Below, in pieces: positions 40,401-47,454 of a stretch of DNA of 64,000 nucleotides. Location of the stretch: IMG/VR virus record IMGVR_UViG_3300013094_000017, positions 62,001-126,000 of that record; one strand, given 5' to 3'. A model generated the notes under the pieces. The model ran no database searches and was not told the origin of the DNA. It was given only the letters and a program-made list of their open reading frames with translations. Numbering within the stretch: position 1 is the first letter of the stretch; every line of letters begins with the position of its first letter. The position numbers and the translations under genes are program-made.

Positions 40401-41260
40401 ACACCGTTTCCTGATTTGTATTGTAATTTTCCAATAATATCAGCATCAACATCAAGTGAAGAATTTTCTACGATAGATTTCACTAGAATACGTCCGCTGG
40501 CCAATTGATTGTCGCCGGCTGCATAGAACAACACGCTAGGTGTTTGTTCATCTATAGTGATAATAATCTGTCCTTTGCTGGTGCCGTTGCCTGTTACACC
40601 GTGAGTATATTGTGATCCTGCCCCATCAGTAGGCTCTGTCTTAATATATAATTTATGGTTAGAATTAATATTAAACACATAGGTGATACCTCTATAGAAT
40701 GTTAACATAGGATCAGGTGTTAGTCCGTCCGGAGTAAACACAAAGAAATTATCATCTGCTGAATCAGTTATAGTGTATGTGCTAACTGCATTTTTTTGTA
40801 GACCGGCAATAGAAATTGCGTCAGGCCCGTTTGGTAACCAATAGTAGTCACGGAAGTTAATAAATTTATCCCAATCAATATGTGGGTCATATGAATTAAA
40901 TTTAGGACGGAACAATCTATCAAGATTATCCACATTACCACCATAGTAACTTATCTGATTAACTAAGTCGTCAAATCCGTAGGCTGCTTTAATACTTTGA
41001 TCAATATTCTTTAATATTACCGCAGGCTCTAGTTGATAGTTTTCACGCACCGGTAATGATTCCGGAATATAAACATCAGTTGATGGATTATAATTAGGAC
41101 TTAATTTACTGCCCACAAATCCATCTATTCGTTCCAGCGAAGGAACTTTAATTAGTTGGTCAAGTGTGCTTGATAAGAATTTATTATTCTTATCTGTTCT
41201 GAAAAAAGCAGGTAATAAATTTGCTGATTTTCTAATATTCTTTGATGTGTTGTTAGCCAT
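28448..41260 (-). CDS. giant baseplate wedge protein (gp7 position)
   Basis: 4270-aa uninterrupted ORF directly after gp6; beta-propeller-like repeats, G-GY...P repeats and EVKPYHTKIR. Confidence 0.65.
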   Translation of the reverse strand: MANNTSKNIRKSANLLPAFFRTDKNNKFLSSTLDQLIKVPSLERIDGFVGSKLSPNYNPSTDVYIPESLPVRENYQLEPAVILKNIDQSIKAAYGFDDLVNQISYYGGNVDNLDRLFRPKFNSYDPHIDWDKFINFRDYYWLPNGPDAISIAGLQKNAVSTYTITDSADDNFFVFTPDGLTPDPMLTFYRGITYVFNINSNHKLYIKTEPTDGAGSQYTHGVTGNGTSKGQIIITIDEQTPSVLFYAAGDNQLASGRILVKSIVENSSLDVDADIIGKLQYKSGNGVEFINGMKVKFVGNVTPSTYANNEYIVEGIGSGIRLVDFTKLTTPLNLNTTYDTNFDGTPFDDFPFDNFKNIPETPDYITINKASKDLNPWSRYNRWVHTDVITASAAANGTTANYPADKRGARPIIEFKPDIQLWNFGSTAIDTVDFIDEVTTDAFSIIEGTYGYYIDGVLLEDGNKVIFNADPDPMVQGKIFQVNIATFNGKQKTRLTEILSPSKSDAVVVKSGTVNEGTSWYYNGTIWIKGQQRTAINQAPLFDLFDENGHSYSDPTYYNSDFYGNQIFGYAVGSGTADSILGFPLQYTSESISTVGTYLFDNYLNNDTITLVGTTTTIPTVETYIRINNSTPVYENAWTAGAEYLIPVEQFQVITTVQSSIEVTVFDNPTSISDLAVSVFVNNTKQQAGTDYTLTTSGKKLFVTFTTALDGTSTPVRVLFKCYSASSPNSTGVYETPINLTNNPLNGFISSFTLTELTDHVTSMTDADPEYNGSNLKSLPNITKYGSRLISNQNPLTFAQCFITDAEHNLINATRKASDDYYQFRLNLINFITKAPGNTMPVQVLDQALTEMNSNKNSSFPYAHSDMLGYGNNNITSTYTVTDSRNTHYSITSAFSATALSDRSVLVYLTSNGVTKQLVYGKDYNFPAYESGVNIITALNKGDVITIKDYVSTVGSYIPPTPTKLGLFPKYEPQIYIDNTYANGPQKVIQGHDGSLTVAFSAYNEADDYRDLALLEYETRIYNNLKVTYDSNLLDIHDLLPNVFRNSEYNYAEIYNLVQGDFLKWASIYGIDFATNSTYDVNNHKTYNYKSVSDLVLGNALPGNWRAIYKLYFDTDRPDTCPWEMLGFTIKPTWWDAEYGAAPYTAGNLNLWQDLEAGIKRFPSGIVVDPTYARPGLSQAIPVDDSGNIIDIRNWAGIALNDSIMNTEQDWAFGDHGPAETAWRRSSAWPFAMQIIMALTKPADYAAMMFDTSRMELDITGQYNYGANETFLNPSEMLLYTDTDSNGNIILASGYSVWLIENGRQRNSNYLTTLKNDLASVNLNLFYKAGGFLSKDKLEITIDSISPNTANPGVLLPNEDYTLHFNVSTPVKSAAISGIIVEKKNGYFAVKGYDKRYPYFTINQPLHQANGSAITVGGKSETFLVWTANSFYQAGQVVFYSNVYYRVISSHNSGATFTSTYYAAIKQLSTVGGASVLVTKQYDPAETIVPYGTQYSTIQQVYDLIMGYGQWLMSQGFIFDEYNADLNQVIDWNFTGKEFLYWSTQNWADGSVITLSPFADVIKYQFTDAVVDNVLNSFYEYSLIKATGQVFPAANFSLSREGGICTIKTKNTTDGIFFARLNLVQKEHAIVMNNKSMFNDIIYDIETGYRQSRIKLTGFRTADWNGEFLSPGFVYDDAQISDWAQYTDYQVADIVKYVGNYYSANVNIAGAPSFDFNSWNLLGSKPVAQLLPNFDYKINQFEDFYSLDIDNFDVAQQRMAQHLIGYTPRTYLDNIFVNPIAQYKFYQGFIREKGTQNAITKLAKASIHNLQGQIEYKEEWAFRVGNYGNFVSYNELEFPLREADFRENSQIIKFVDTAPVLPNDVISYIVPTDLTMESDTYTSDTAFSTTPSTYADNNIIMPVAGYVRTDDVTATAYNTNSLLDIANNGNIQDGNTIWLGFRNDGEWDVYRYTIQKPKVVDSAVTIPSSELTFTTDIFHNLSVGDVVSIHGLDNGSDGVYVIKTIPSLTTFTISTTLASVNPSTVQALMFKFVSVRAAQFDNIAELEKTISFNNGDLVWVDSDNSGKWAVYEKASNYSTSTETLPSLSITGQGFGSRVATQDTANIVAISAPTGYYGASYGYGRIFVYGYSDNILTPITNYGIDDTIVNNTVSKSVATNFGATLIYDIETDSIFAGAPAVDLIKISGINRTTKSEIHRTGAVITNPNVHPGEYGAGLYVSKTTSTNKLLVVGAPGQNTSTGAIYAYNVSIVSTDTTIVQSSPITITPSNTQGDRVGASICGSADGTMVAISAPGTNGNIGGVYVYSTATSGTTNLVQAQFISAPSVCKTGDRFGSTVLMSDDGTYLFVASTSVNDGKTNVGKVFIYKQNTATQYVLNQTLDNPSTDVNLNFGQALAIDDLGQLLTVTGHGDNKFIDITFDKGATTLDNGTCHFGDTAKGSGAVYVFNRYNDKFIYAEELFDDNVLNIDPATGSPVANSQYGNSVAVNNGTVLVGTPGKFVSNSTIGSAYVFAKKDVTINSWNVYRSQDDLVDLSKVKRAITIDTLSQQVLDYLDIVDPAKGRIVGIADQEVRYKTAFDPAVYSIGVQGVVVDTNTSWIEDHLGELWWDLSTVKYTWYEQSDLEYRKNSWGTLFPGASIDVYEWVSSEYLPSQWSSLADTVDGLAKGISGQPKYADNSVISVKQYYNATTGGTTNVYFYWVKNKVTIPAADFRKISANDVANLIYNPSAYGMKYISVLAADSIAVTNVTSTLSQNNIYLNIAEDDIDNDINQHTEWMLLADGDVNSMPNALLEKKLMDSLLGRDSLGNPVPDPSLSDRIKYGVSIRPRQGLFKDRIGALRNAIDYTNTVLSQNIVTDVINFTNLNSKDPIPDVETGLYDQQVDNEQALYEITTIYFKQAAVSCQITDGRVTGVSIEDPGYGYLIAPTIAVLNDTSGIVISTEIDSVGRVVSTTIVNSGYGYTETPILVVRPYTVIVTVDATSGNRWAEYQWYNNQWNRSHTQDYDTTLFWDYVDWQATSFDPLKPLVTTVDQPYLLATISPSTGDYVKVNNQGNGRYIILAKVDSNGTFDDAYDLVYSEKGTIQFKESLWNTTDSTYNFDYLYTFDQTLYDQSAESELENVLLAIKEDIFVGPLKVYWNKFFFKAVRYAMSEQIFLDWAFKTAFINVSNLAGPLDQRSVFKFQNSEYYEDYLNEVKPYHTKIRNFQVVYDVVEPTQSYTTDFDLPAIYDNITDTFVPIELGDASLNVYPRKGWADNYKYTVGSIIVADGGGTYTSVPNVQIIPAAGDTITDPATAIAYISLGKVIEIEVTNPGSGYTQTPTVVLTGGGSTGVVQARAYAQLANGKVRTNKIDIRFDRVTGLREIGNKQAADQFFCDGSTYQFPLSWAAENKKSEIEITLDGIKIFALDYDIVTYTQVSNGYHKLYSTLVLTSVPNKGQILDITYNKNINLYHAADRIQDYYAPTDGMPGADPAQVMTGVDYPGTQIQTLPFAYTSNWDMLPFTEAAWDDGGNGEASLDTIIDGGDLAYTMATGLNPEDLIVDGDQFLSPNVSHGPEELVPGEVVESVGISVYTRVPSGSPMISQNTFLVSTTTTSTTVSLSMLPANTSSLMVSYNRGILNYGTDYTIDFNNNTITISTQTSTGVVAVTNVGIGGAAYSSYDYATSTKSSITVPVGVPLADIGSLYVTLNGNPITSDQYKLNGKGVTVSGLTGTNTLQVWVFEAAYKGYSEVKDQIFVTSSATTAYTLTQYPGVIGPINAQAIVELNKLRLIPPNTAYYSAAANQTVFEIDPNSNYPAGVFSLGALQVFVNGIQIQNGADFILDQPNKLIVFRPGILKTGDAVAITNTVYSQYYFDNGQIILNTNRLAIPEGGILKVTTYTNQDSDMIRTEVFTSGTLRRYTMNRAVLNDNYVWVTINGTPLTNGLDYYIDTDNKTVVVDDNYPIQSTDTIVVMSMTDVSDNTVIAYRQFKDILNRTTFKRISETNSTNLAEPLYTTSTTIVVDEASDLSVPNPAKNAPGVILIAGERIEYMAMSGNTLSRLKRATLGTGARDGYPVGTEVLDQGVRQIMPYTETVNVSTAVVPSPLDIAYVIENMTNTKGNGIVFNTSTASVHQVRVYQGGIPLRKDGMYVHDMSVLYDNVTATIVGTISTSTALPNTTVIGNAYLVTSTNQVWVYTNSLDLSAVNGFVYQGLNYLPPEFTITSSGTNNVLTLNVPAGRLNTGTAITLVQQTAKDWYASTATSLLNDTGAVATFLRDRQAALPDKYHYGQV

Positions 41261-41275
41261 TATTACTAATTATCC

Positions 41276-44200
41276 TTAGCTAGTAGTTACTATTGTAGAT
41301 GCTGCTTTTAATTCAGATGCTGTTAAACTTGTGATGATTTGTATATCATTTATTGTTGCACCATTGATGAAAATCTCATTACTTAAACAGGTAATTTGAT
41401 ATAAACTACCAAACCCATTATCCTGTTTAGGTACTAACACAAAATTGGTTATATCAGGAGTCATTATGTTCATTACATAAGTCGATAATTCACTGAAGTT
41501 AAATGTTTGACCAAAATCCCAATTTTGAATAGCAAAGAAATCTTCAATTGCTGCCAAAATTCTTGTTTGTAAATCTGTAGTACTTACGGTTCTTGCAGGA
41601 TTTACCACAGCTTTAAATGTACCCTGTAATGGACCAACTGCTTGACCACCAAACAATACTTTGTAATTTACTGGATGATAAATTAGCTCATCACTAATTG
41701 CCTTAATTGGCTCTAATGTAGCAGCGTAGTTTTCTTCTAAACTTTGTGTTGTAGGAGGTAACGGTGCTGTTCCTGTGCCACTTGCTAGCCAATTTCTGTA
41801 ATCCGAATCATATGCTTTGGTTAATAGATAGATATCTATAATGTTCGATTTGCTAGGATCAATTCTACGTTCATTGCCACTGTTATGTACATAATGGAAT
41901 TTTAATCCACTACGTCCCGACTGTGCATAATATGTAGGTTCTAACACAAATCCGCCTAATGTAGAAGAATAGCTCTTAACCACATTTACTGTTGGATCAT
42001 AGAAATAATATAATTGACCGTCTATTCGATCTTCCGGTAATACTAGATCTTCTGTAGGGTATGGTAATATATCACCTGTGTATAAAGAATATCGTAATCC
42101 GTCAGCCGAGGTTTGGAAATAAACAAATTTGTTAAGATATCCAGTTTGTGTACTAGTGCTGGCAGACTGAACAATATTTTCAAACGCATCCGGGTCATCA
42201 ATTTGACCATCATCATTATGATCAAAGAAACTAACTGATACTTTCTTAGGTTCAATATAGCCATCTGGTTCTATTACAGCACTATCAACTTGCCATGAAT
42301 AATCTATACCTAAATATCCTTGACTAGTTGGAAGTTTATTAATTGATAATACATCTACATGGTCTTTAATAACAGTATCAGTAACAAAGTCATAATTCTT
42401 CTTAGAACTATCTATGAAAAACGCAGTTTCTTGCGCACTTTCAAATATGTATTCTGTAGTACGATATCTAACTACATATTTCTTACCTGTCCATTCAAAT
42501 GCCATCATCCAACTAGCATCTTTATTTGTATTAGATACATCTTGTTGGAATAGTAAACTAAATGGACTCTTCAAATCAATGTTAGCATCAGTGACTACAT
42601 ACCATGCTCTAGTTGTTGAATCAAAACTCAATCCAAAATTGCGTTTAGATAAACATAGATTTGTAATTTCAGTTTCTAATGAGGATGAAATTATATTATC
42701 AAATACCGGGATAACTGCCGCAGGGCTGGCACTCGATGCCGGAATACCTGTACCTGGAATTGTACCTGTTAAGATAACTGGACCTGTTCCGTCTGAAAGA
42801 TTTCCTGCGCCACTATTAGCCCCATCACCTACTACATTTACAATCTGTGTCCATATATAAGATCTAGTAGTATCATCTGATATAGATGTTAATTTACCAC
42901 TTGGTAGAAAGTATTGTCCTGTAGGTGGTATCATTTTAACCAAAGCACCTGGCACAAAAAACGACAAGTTATCACTAGCATAAGATCCAAGCGTTGCCGG
43001 ACCTGTGGTTAAATTTTTGAAATAACCACGTGTTTGATTTGTGGTCTTATTTGATTGATTCCATGATAGTGGATAGCTAGCAGAATCTAATACCAATTGC
43101 GGATATTTTGATAGATAGAATGATTTGAAACTAGGAGAATCAATAACTGGTTCAACTTGAGTTTTAATCACACTTAGGATTTCGTTTCTACTAGTAAACG
43201 TAAATTCAAAATTGTATTCTTTATCTTTTTTGTATAGAATACCATCATTGGCAAAGATATTAGTACTACTATATTTTCCACTCACATCACTTAATTCATA
43301 ATATTTGCTAATACCACTAGCAACACGATTAACACTCTTAACTTTAAGAATATCCGAATCAACAGTAATTGGAGCAATGTTATAATCTTCCGCAGTGATC
43401 ATACGATTTTGTGTATAATATGCCTGTGGTGCTTTTAATTGTATATCTGCATTAGATTCACTTGCGGCAGAATTTGTAACGCTGTATTGTAGACTTAATA
43501 CAATTGTTAATATATTTGACTGACCGTTACTGCTATAATAAGGAATCTGTACACTTACATTACTTAACTGTTCAGGCTTAACGGTATATGATAGGCCGTT
43601 ACTTTGACGATAGTACAGTCTGAATGGGCCGTTTGGTAAATTGCCAAAACTACCATCTGCGAATGACAAATCAATCTGATCAGTGTCTCTTGATAATACG
43701 CTATAGATATTGCGAATATTTTGGTTTAAACTGTTATAAATTACGTTATTTCCGGTGGTTGCGGCCACTTTTGTCCACAGATCTTGATGGGTTTTGCCAT
43801 CTGCTGACATTTGCCATAACCACACATCTGTATCATTAATATTAGAAACATTAACACCTATTAATTCATTAGGTACCGGATTTGCAACGTTGAAATTTTG
43901 TGCTGTTAATGATCCTTGACGGAATTGTATAAAGAATCCCGTATTGGCACTCGAACTACCTTTATTATCATTTTGAAATATAATACCAAAGTTATTTCCA
44001 GGCAACGGAGTATCTTCATAGATATAAGTTTGTCCGCTAAAGGTAGATGGCACCAATTCAAAACTCATTTGTGTACCAGCTATGTTCTTATTGAAAGAAT
44101 AGATAGGCACATCAGTAGTACTGGTATTGATTTTATATTGTTCTGTTGCGATGCCGTTGATAGTTGCCGCAGCAAAAGGCTTACCAAATACTGTAGGATT

Positions 44201-44692
44201 GGTCATCGCAGCATTAATGATAGAAATAAACTGTTGATACCAATTGCTGTTTGTAGGATCATTCCATCCTATAATTGAATTAGCAAGATTAATTCCGTTA
44301 TTATCTATTACACTTTCTGTAGTGGCAATAGATGTAATTTTTAATAGGCCGTTAGCTGGTGTATTGCGTTTAGCATTATAGTTAATTAGACGAGCAAGAC
44401 GCAGGATGCTGTCACGACGTTGCGCTGTTTCTAAGAAATTTTCACGAGCATTTAGGTCGATGCGGAAACTTAGGTTCTGACCTAAGAATGCAATTAAATC
44501 GATAAGGGCAACATATTCGCTACTGTCTATATAATCATTGAAATCTTCCGGATAATTCTCACGAAGATATGTGATCATAGTACGGCGTAATGTTTCAAAA
44601 TCGTAACTTTGGAATTCAGCGTTTTTGAAACTCTGATATATCTTGGTCCAGTCTTCTGCGACCAGTAATTGATTAGTTGTTGATGGTATCAT
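41276..44692 (-). CDS. gp6: baseplate wedge subunit (gp6-like)
   Basis: YDFETLR, ENFLETAQRRDS, TQNRMITAEDY. Confidence 0.85.
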   Translation of the reverse strand: MIPSTTNQLLVAEDWTKIYQSFKNAEFQSYDFETLRRTMITYLRENYPEDFNDYIDSSEYVALIDLIAFLGQNLSFRIDLNARENFLETAQRRDSILRLARLINYNAKRNTPANGLLKITSIATTESVIDNNGINLANSIIGWNDPTNSNWYQQFISIINAAMTNPTVFGKPFAAATINGIATEQYKINTSTTDVPIYSFNKNIAGTQMSFELVPSTFSGQTYIYEDTPLPGNNFGIIFQNDNKGSSSANTGFFIQFRQGSLTAQNFNVANPVPNELIGVNVSNINDTDVWLWQMSADGKTHQDLWTKVAATTGNNVIYNSLNQNIRNIYSVLSRDTDQIDLSFADGSFGNLPNGPFRLYYRQSNGLSYTVKPEQLSNVSVQIPYYSSNGQSNILTIVLSLQYSVTNSAASESNADIQLKAPQAYYTQNRMITAEDYNIAPITVDSDILKVKSVNRVASGISKYYELSDVSGKYSSTNIFANDGILYKKDKEYNFEFTFTSRNEILSVIKTQVEPVIDSPSFKSFYLSKYPQLVLDSASYPLSWNQSNKTTNQTRGYFKNLTTGPATLGSYASDNLSFFVPGALVKMIPPTGQYFLPSGKLTSISDDTTRSYIWTQIVNVVGDGANSGAGNLSDGTGPVILTGTIPGTGIPASSASPAAVIPVFDNIISSSLETEITNLCLSKRNFGLSFDSTTRAWYVVTDANIDLKSPFSLLFQQDVSNTNKDASWMMAFEWTGKKYVVRYRTTEYIFESAQETAFFIDSSKKNYDFVTDTVIKDHVDVLSINKLPTSQGYLGIDYSWQVDSAVIEPDGYIEPKKVSVSFFDHNDDGQIDDPDAFENIVQSASTSTQTGYLNKFVYFQTSADGLRYSLYTGDILPYPTEDLVLPEDRIDGQLYYFYDPTVNVVKSYSSTLGGFVLEPTYYAQSGRSGLKFHYVHNSGNERRIDPSKSNIIDIYLLTKAYDSDYRNWLASGTGTAPLPPTTQSLEENYAATLEPIKAISDELIYHPVNYKVLFGGQAVGPLQGTFKAVVNPARTVSTTDLQTRILAAIEDFFAIQNWDFGQTFNFSELSTYVMNIMTPDITNFVLVPKQDNGFGSLYQITCLSNEIFINGATINDIQIITSLTASELKAASTIVTTS

Positions 44693-44713
44693 AGTGTTTT
44701 CTCATTGATACCG

Positions 44714-44746
44714 TATTTATGGAAAATATAAAGTAGGTATATTATT
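44714..44746 (-). promoter_or_regulatory. late promoter plus a conserved 16-bp motif
   Basis: CATAAATA (minus strand, 44714-44721); AAGTAGGTATATTATT at 44731-44746, repeated exactly but inverted at 51749-51764. Confidence 0.55.
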
Positions 44747-45182
44747 GTGCGATTAAACCGAGCTCTTTATCAAATGCCAGCTGCATATTGGAGGTTTGGT
44801 CAGTACCAACATATAATAATGTTACTTCTAACAGCATGCCATACTCTTGTTCGTTGATATTGATCTGTATTGGAACAACTCTAGGATCTGAATTACATAT
44901 ACGACTTACATCGTCACTGATTGCCTGTTTGGTAGACTGTGTAAATGGATCAAATAGTGTATCCCAAACAATAGTGCCAAATGTTGGATTCATAACTCGT
45001 TCACCCCGACGAGTGTTAAATTGATTTACAATATCTTGTTTGATAAGATCAAAATCATATAACTTAGTTGTGCCAAGGGTGTCTGCGTTAATAGAACTAT
45101 AACCTACATAGAACTGACTCTGCTTGGTCGTTTGTTGTAGACTATTTTGTGACGGATTAAGTTCAATATTTTTGTATGCCAT
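44742..45182 (-). CDS. gp25: baseplate wedge subunit gp25-like
   Basis: TRRGERVMNPTFG...DPRV. Confidence 0.88.
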   Translation of the reverse strand: MAYKNIELNPSQNSLQQTTKQSQFYVGYSSINADTLGTTKLYDFDLIKQDIVNQFNTRRGERVMNPTFGTIVWDTLFDPFTQSTKQAISDDVSRICNSDPRVVPIQININEQEYGMLLEVTLLYVGTDQTSNMQLAFDKELGLIAQ

Positions 45183-45199
45183 AGTGTATTATTTATTGA

Positions 45200-47452
45200 C
45201 TAGACCGTCACTCCTGCTTTAGATAATACTTGTTCTACTTCGCGTTTATGCACAGATACCGTAGCTTCTACCATAGCAGGAGTAAAGTATCCTAATCTTT
45301 GAGGATCAAATCCTTTATTAGCACTATACCAAGACCCCGATTTAGGATCTCCAGCAACTGCAATTTGTTGATCAGCTGCGGCAAATCTAAATGCCGGTAG
45401 CAAGATTGTTAGATATATATTACCTAGGGTAGGATTAGGACATTTTGCATTTGGCCAGCCCCATAATTTATTAAAATATGCTTGCACATAATCCATTTGT
45501 CCAACACGAGACATTTGACGCAAGGCATCAGTGGTAGTCCCGAGTCCCTTAGCAGCATCTTTACCGAATTGTATTAATCCAGTAAATCCTAAATTATTTG
45601 TTATCGCAGGATCAAACGTCCTTGCACTTTCTAAGTTCATACATGCTAATAAATCAATAACAGGGAATCCCAATGCGCCGGCTACTGATTTAACTTTGTC
45701 TAAGAATGGTTGATCAGTACTCCACGGAAATGGTTGGCCTTGAAATGTACCACGGTCACTTGCTGGACCGTTCTTAGCAGGATACGGAGTATTTGCGCTC
45801 GGATCTGCCGGAACAACCACACCATTTTTAGTAGTTTGTGTTGCTTGAATTCCACTGTTTGTTTTGTCTAATGTAAATTGATTAGGATTAATGTTTTCAT
45901 GTTGGTCCCAAGGTTCGTGCATCGGAACACGTTGCATAATTGTTAATAAATCACCGGCTTTATAGAAATGACCATTTGACCATCCTTGTGCTGGGTCTCG
46001 ACGAGGAACAGAATATAAATTTAATGGTATCGGAGATGCTGCACTCATTGCGGCAATAGCAGCAGTTGCAGAAGGAGCACCACTTGGATTATTATCGCTA
46101 CTACGTGAAATAGTTGAATAATGATCAGTTGCACTAGCCCACGTATTATGGGTATCAGCCCCAGTCCATGTAAATTTAGTACCTTGCCATCTATAACTTG
46201 ATGAGCCTGTTACAGTTTCGTTGTAGGTTCCTACTGTAAATTGTTTTGCCGATACTGTTTCTAGGTAGTTTACAGATTTTACATCAATGTCCTTTGCTGC
46301 GGTTGTATAGATGGTACCATTCGAATTTACATGAATATCCCCCGATACCAGCGTCTTAGATGTTTCGCCAATCGTAACATCACTTGTTCCACTAATTAAT
46401 GTACTCATTGTGTCACATATTGTATTATAATTTGATTTAACATTAATATTCATGTCACCTGTTACTGTGGCAACATTAAAATTTCTTCCTGCTTCGATAT
46501 TAAAATCTCGATCGGCTCTTAGATTAAAATCTCCTTCGGTATGGATGCTGACACTGTCTGCTGCATAGATATCAATTTTACCGTTTGAGGTAAGCTCTAT
46601 CCAGGCAGTTCCTTTGCTGTTGGCAATATAAACCAAATCTGAACTATTGTGTAACAAAATTTGATGGCCGGTTCTAGTACGTATACGCACTAATTCATTT
46701 TGACCATTCTGGTCACCATCATCCATTACGAACTGTGTTCCGCCAAGTCGACTGATAGGAACATTTGCTTTTGTTTCATATCCCACTATGCCCTGTTGTG
46801 AGCCTGCCGATTTATCCAATGGACCAGGTGTGCTAATACCAAATACCATACTAGGTACTTCACGACGAGCCGAACTAGAGGTAACTCCTCGAATGTTATC
46901 TAATAACAATCCTTGTGCTAGTAATCTATCAGCAAATGGATGTATAGGTTTAAGTTGTGCATTAGGATTTACATTATCTTTCAATGAACGTTTATGAAAT
47001 TCTGCCACTGGGAGATTTTTTGTTCCGTATTTTAATTCTTGTTCAGGAGTAATGTAAACATTTTGACTGGCAGCAAGTCCCGGAATCATTTGGTCTTGGA
47101 ATTGATCTGCAATACAGCCCATCCAATATCCTTGGTTGGGATCTCCGTCAACAAAAATAACTAGAACAGTGGTACCAATATCTGGAGGTACCATCCACAT
47201 ACCGTAGGATTTTTGTACAGAATTGAAATCACGAGGATCTGTTCCTTCATATTTCACATTGGTAACACCGTAGAAAGGACTTAAATATTTTACAATATAG
47301 GTTTGGCTTTGTATATTTGCATCGCCGACAAATCCTTTTTCAATTACCACTTCTATCGATCCCATATATGTTGGATCTAACAGATTGGTTATCCTAGCTA
47401 TGTATGGGCCAGGTCCTGGTAATTTTCCTCTAACTCGTTGATCAATTGGCAT
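45200..47452 (-). CDS. gp5: central spike protein (gp5/VgrG-like) with a C-terminal lytic transglycosylase-like domain
   Basis: OB-fold GMWMVPPDIG, RTRTGHQILL, beta-helix repeats, RVPMHEPW, then LES...GLIQF. Confidence 0.8.
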   Translation of the reverse strand: MPIDQRVRGKLPGPGPYIARITNLLDPTYMGSIEVVIEKGFVGDANIQSQTYIVKYLSPFYGVTNVKYEGTDPRDFNSVQKSYGMWMVPPDIGTTVLVIFVDGDPNQGYWMGCIADQFQDQMIPGLAASQNVYITPEQELKYGTKNLPVAEFHKRSLKDNVNPNAQLKPIHPFADRLLAQGLLLDNIRGVTSSSARREVPSMVFGISTPGPLDKSAGSQQGIVGYETKANVPISRLGGTQFVMDDGDQNGQNELVRIRTRTGHQILLHNSSDLVYIANSKGTAWIELTSNGKIDIYAADSVSIHTEGDFNLRADRDFNIEAGRNFNVATVTGDMNINVKSNYNTICDTMSTLISGTSDVTIGETSKTLVSGDIHVNSNGTIYTTAAKDIDVKSVNYLETVSAKQFTVGTYNETVTGSSSYRWQGTKFTWTGADTHNTWASATDHYSTISRSSDNNPSGAPSATAAIAAMSAASPIPLNLYSVPRRDPAQGWSNGHFYKAGDLLTIMQRVPMHEPWDQHENINPNQFTLDKTNSGIQATQTTKNGVVVPADPSANTPYPAKNGPASDRGTFQGQPFPWSTDQPFLDKVKSVAGALGFPVIDLLACMNLESARTFDPAITNNLGFTGLIQFGKDAAKGLGTTTDALRQMSRVGQMDYVQAYFNKLWGWPNAKCPNPTLGNIYLTILLPAFRFAAADQQIAVAGDPKSGSWYSANKGFDPQRLGYFTPAMVEATVSVHKREVEQVLSKAGVTV

Positions 47453-47454
47453 GG

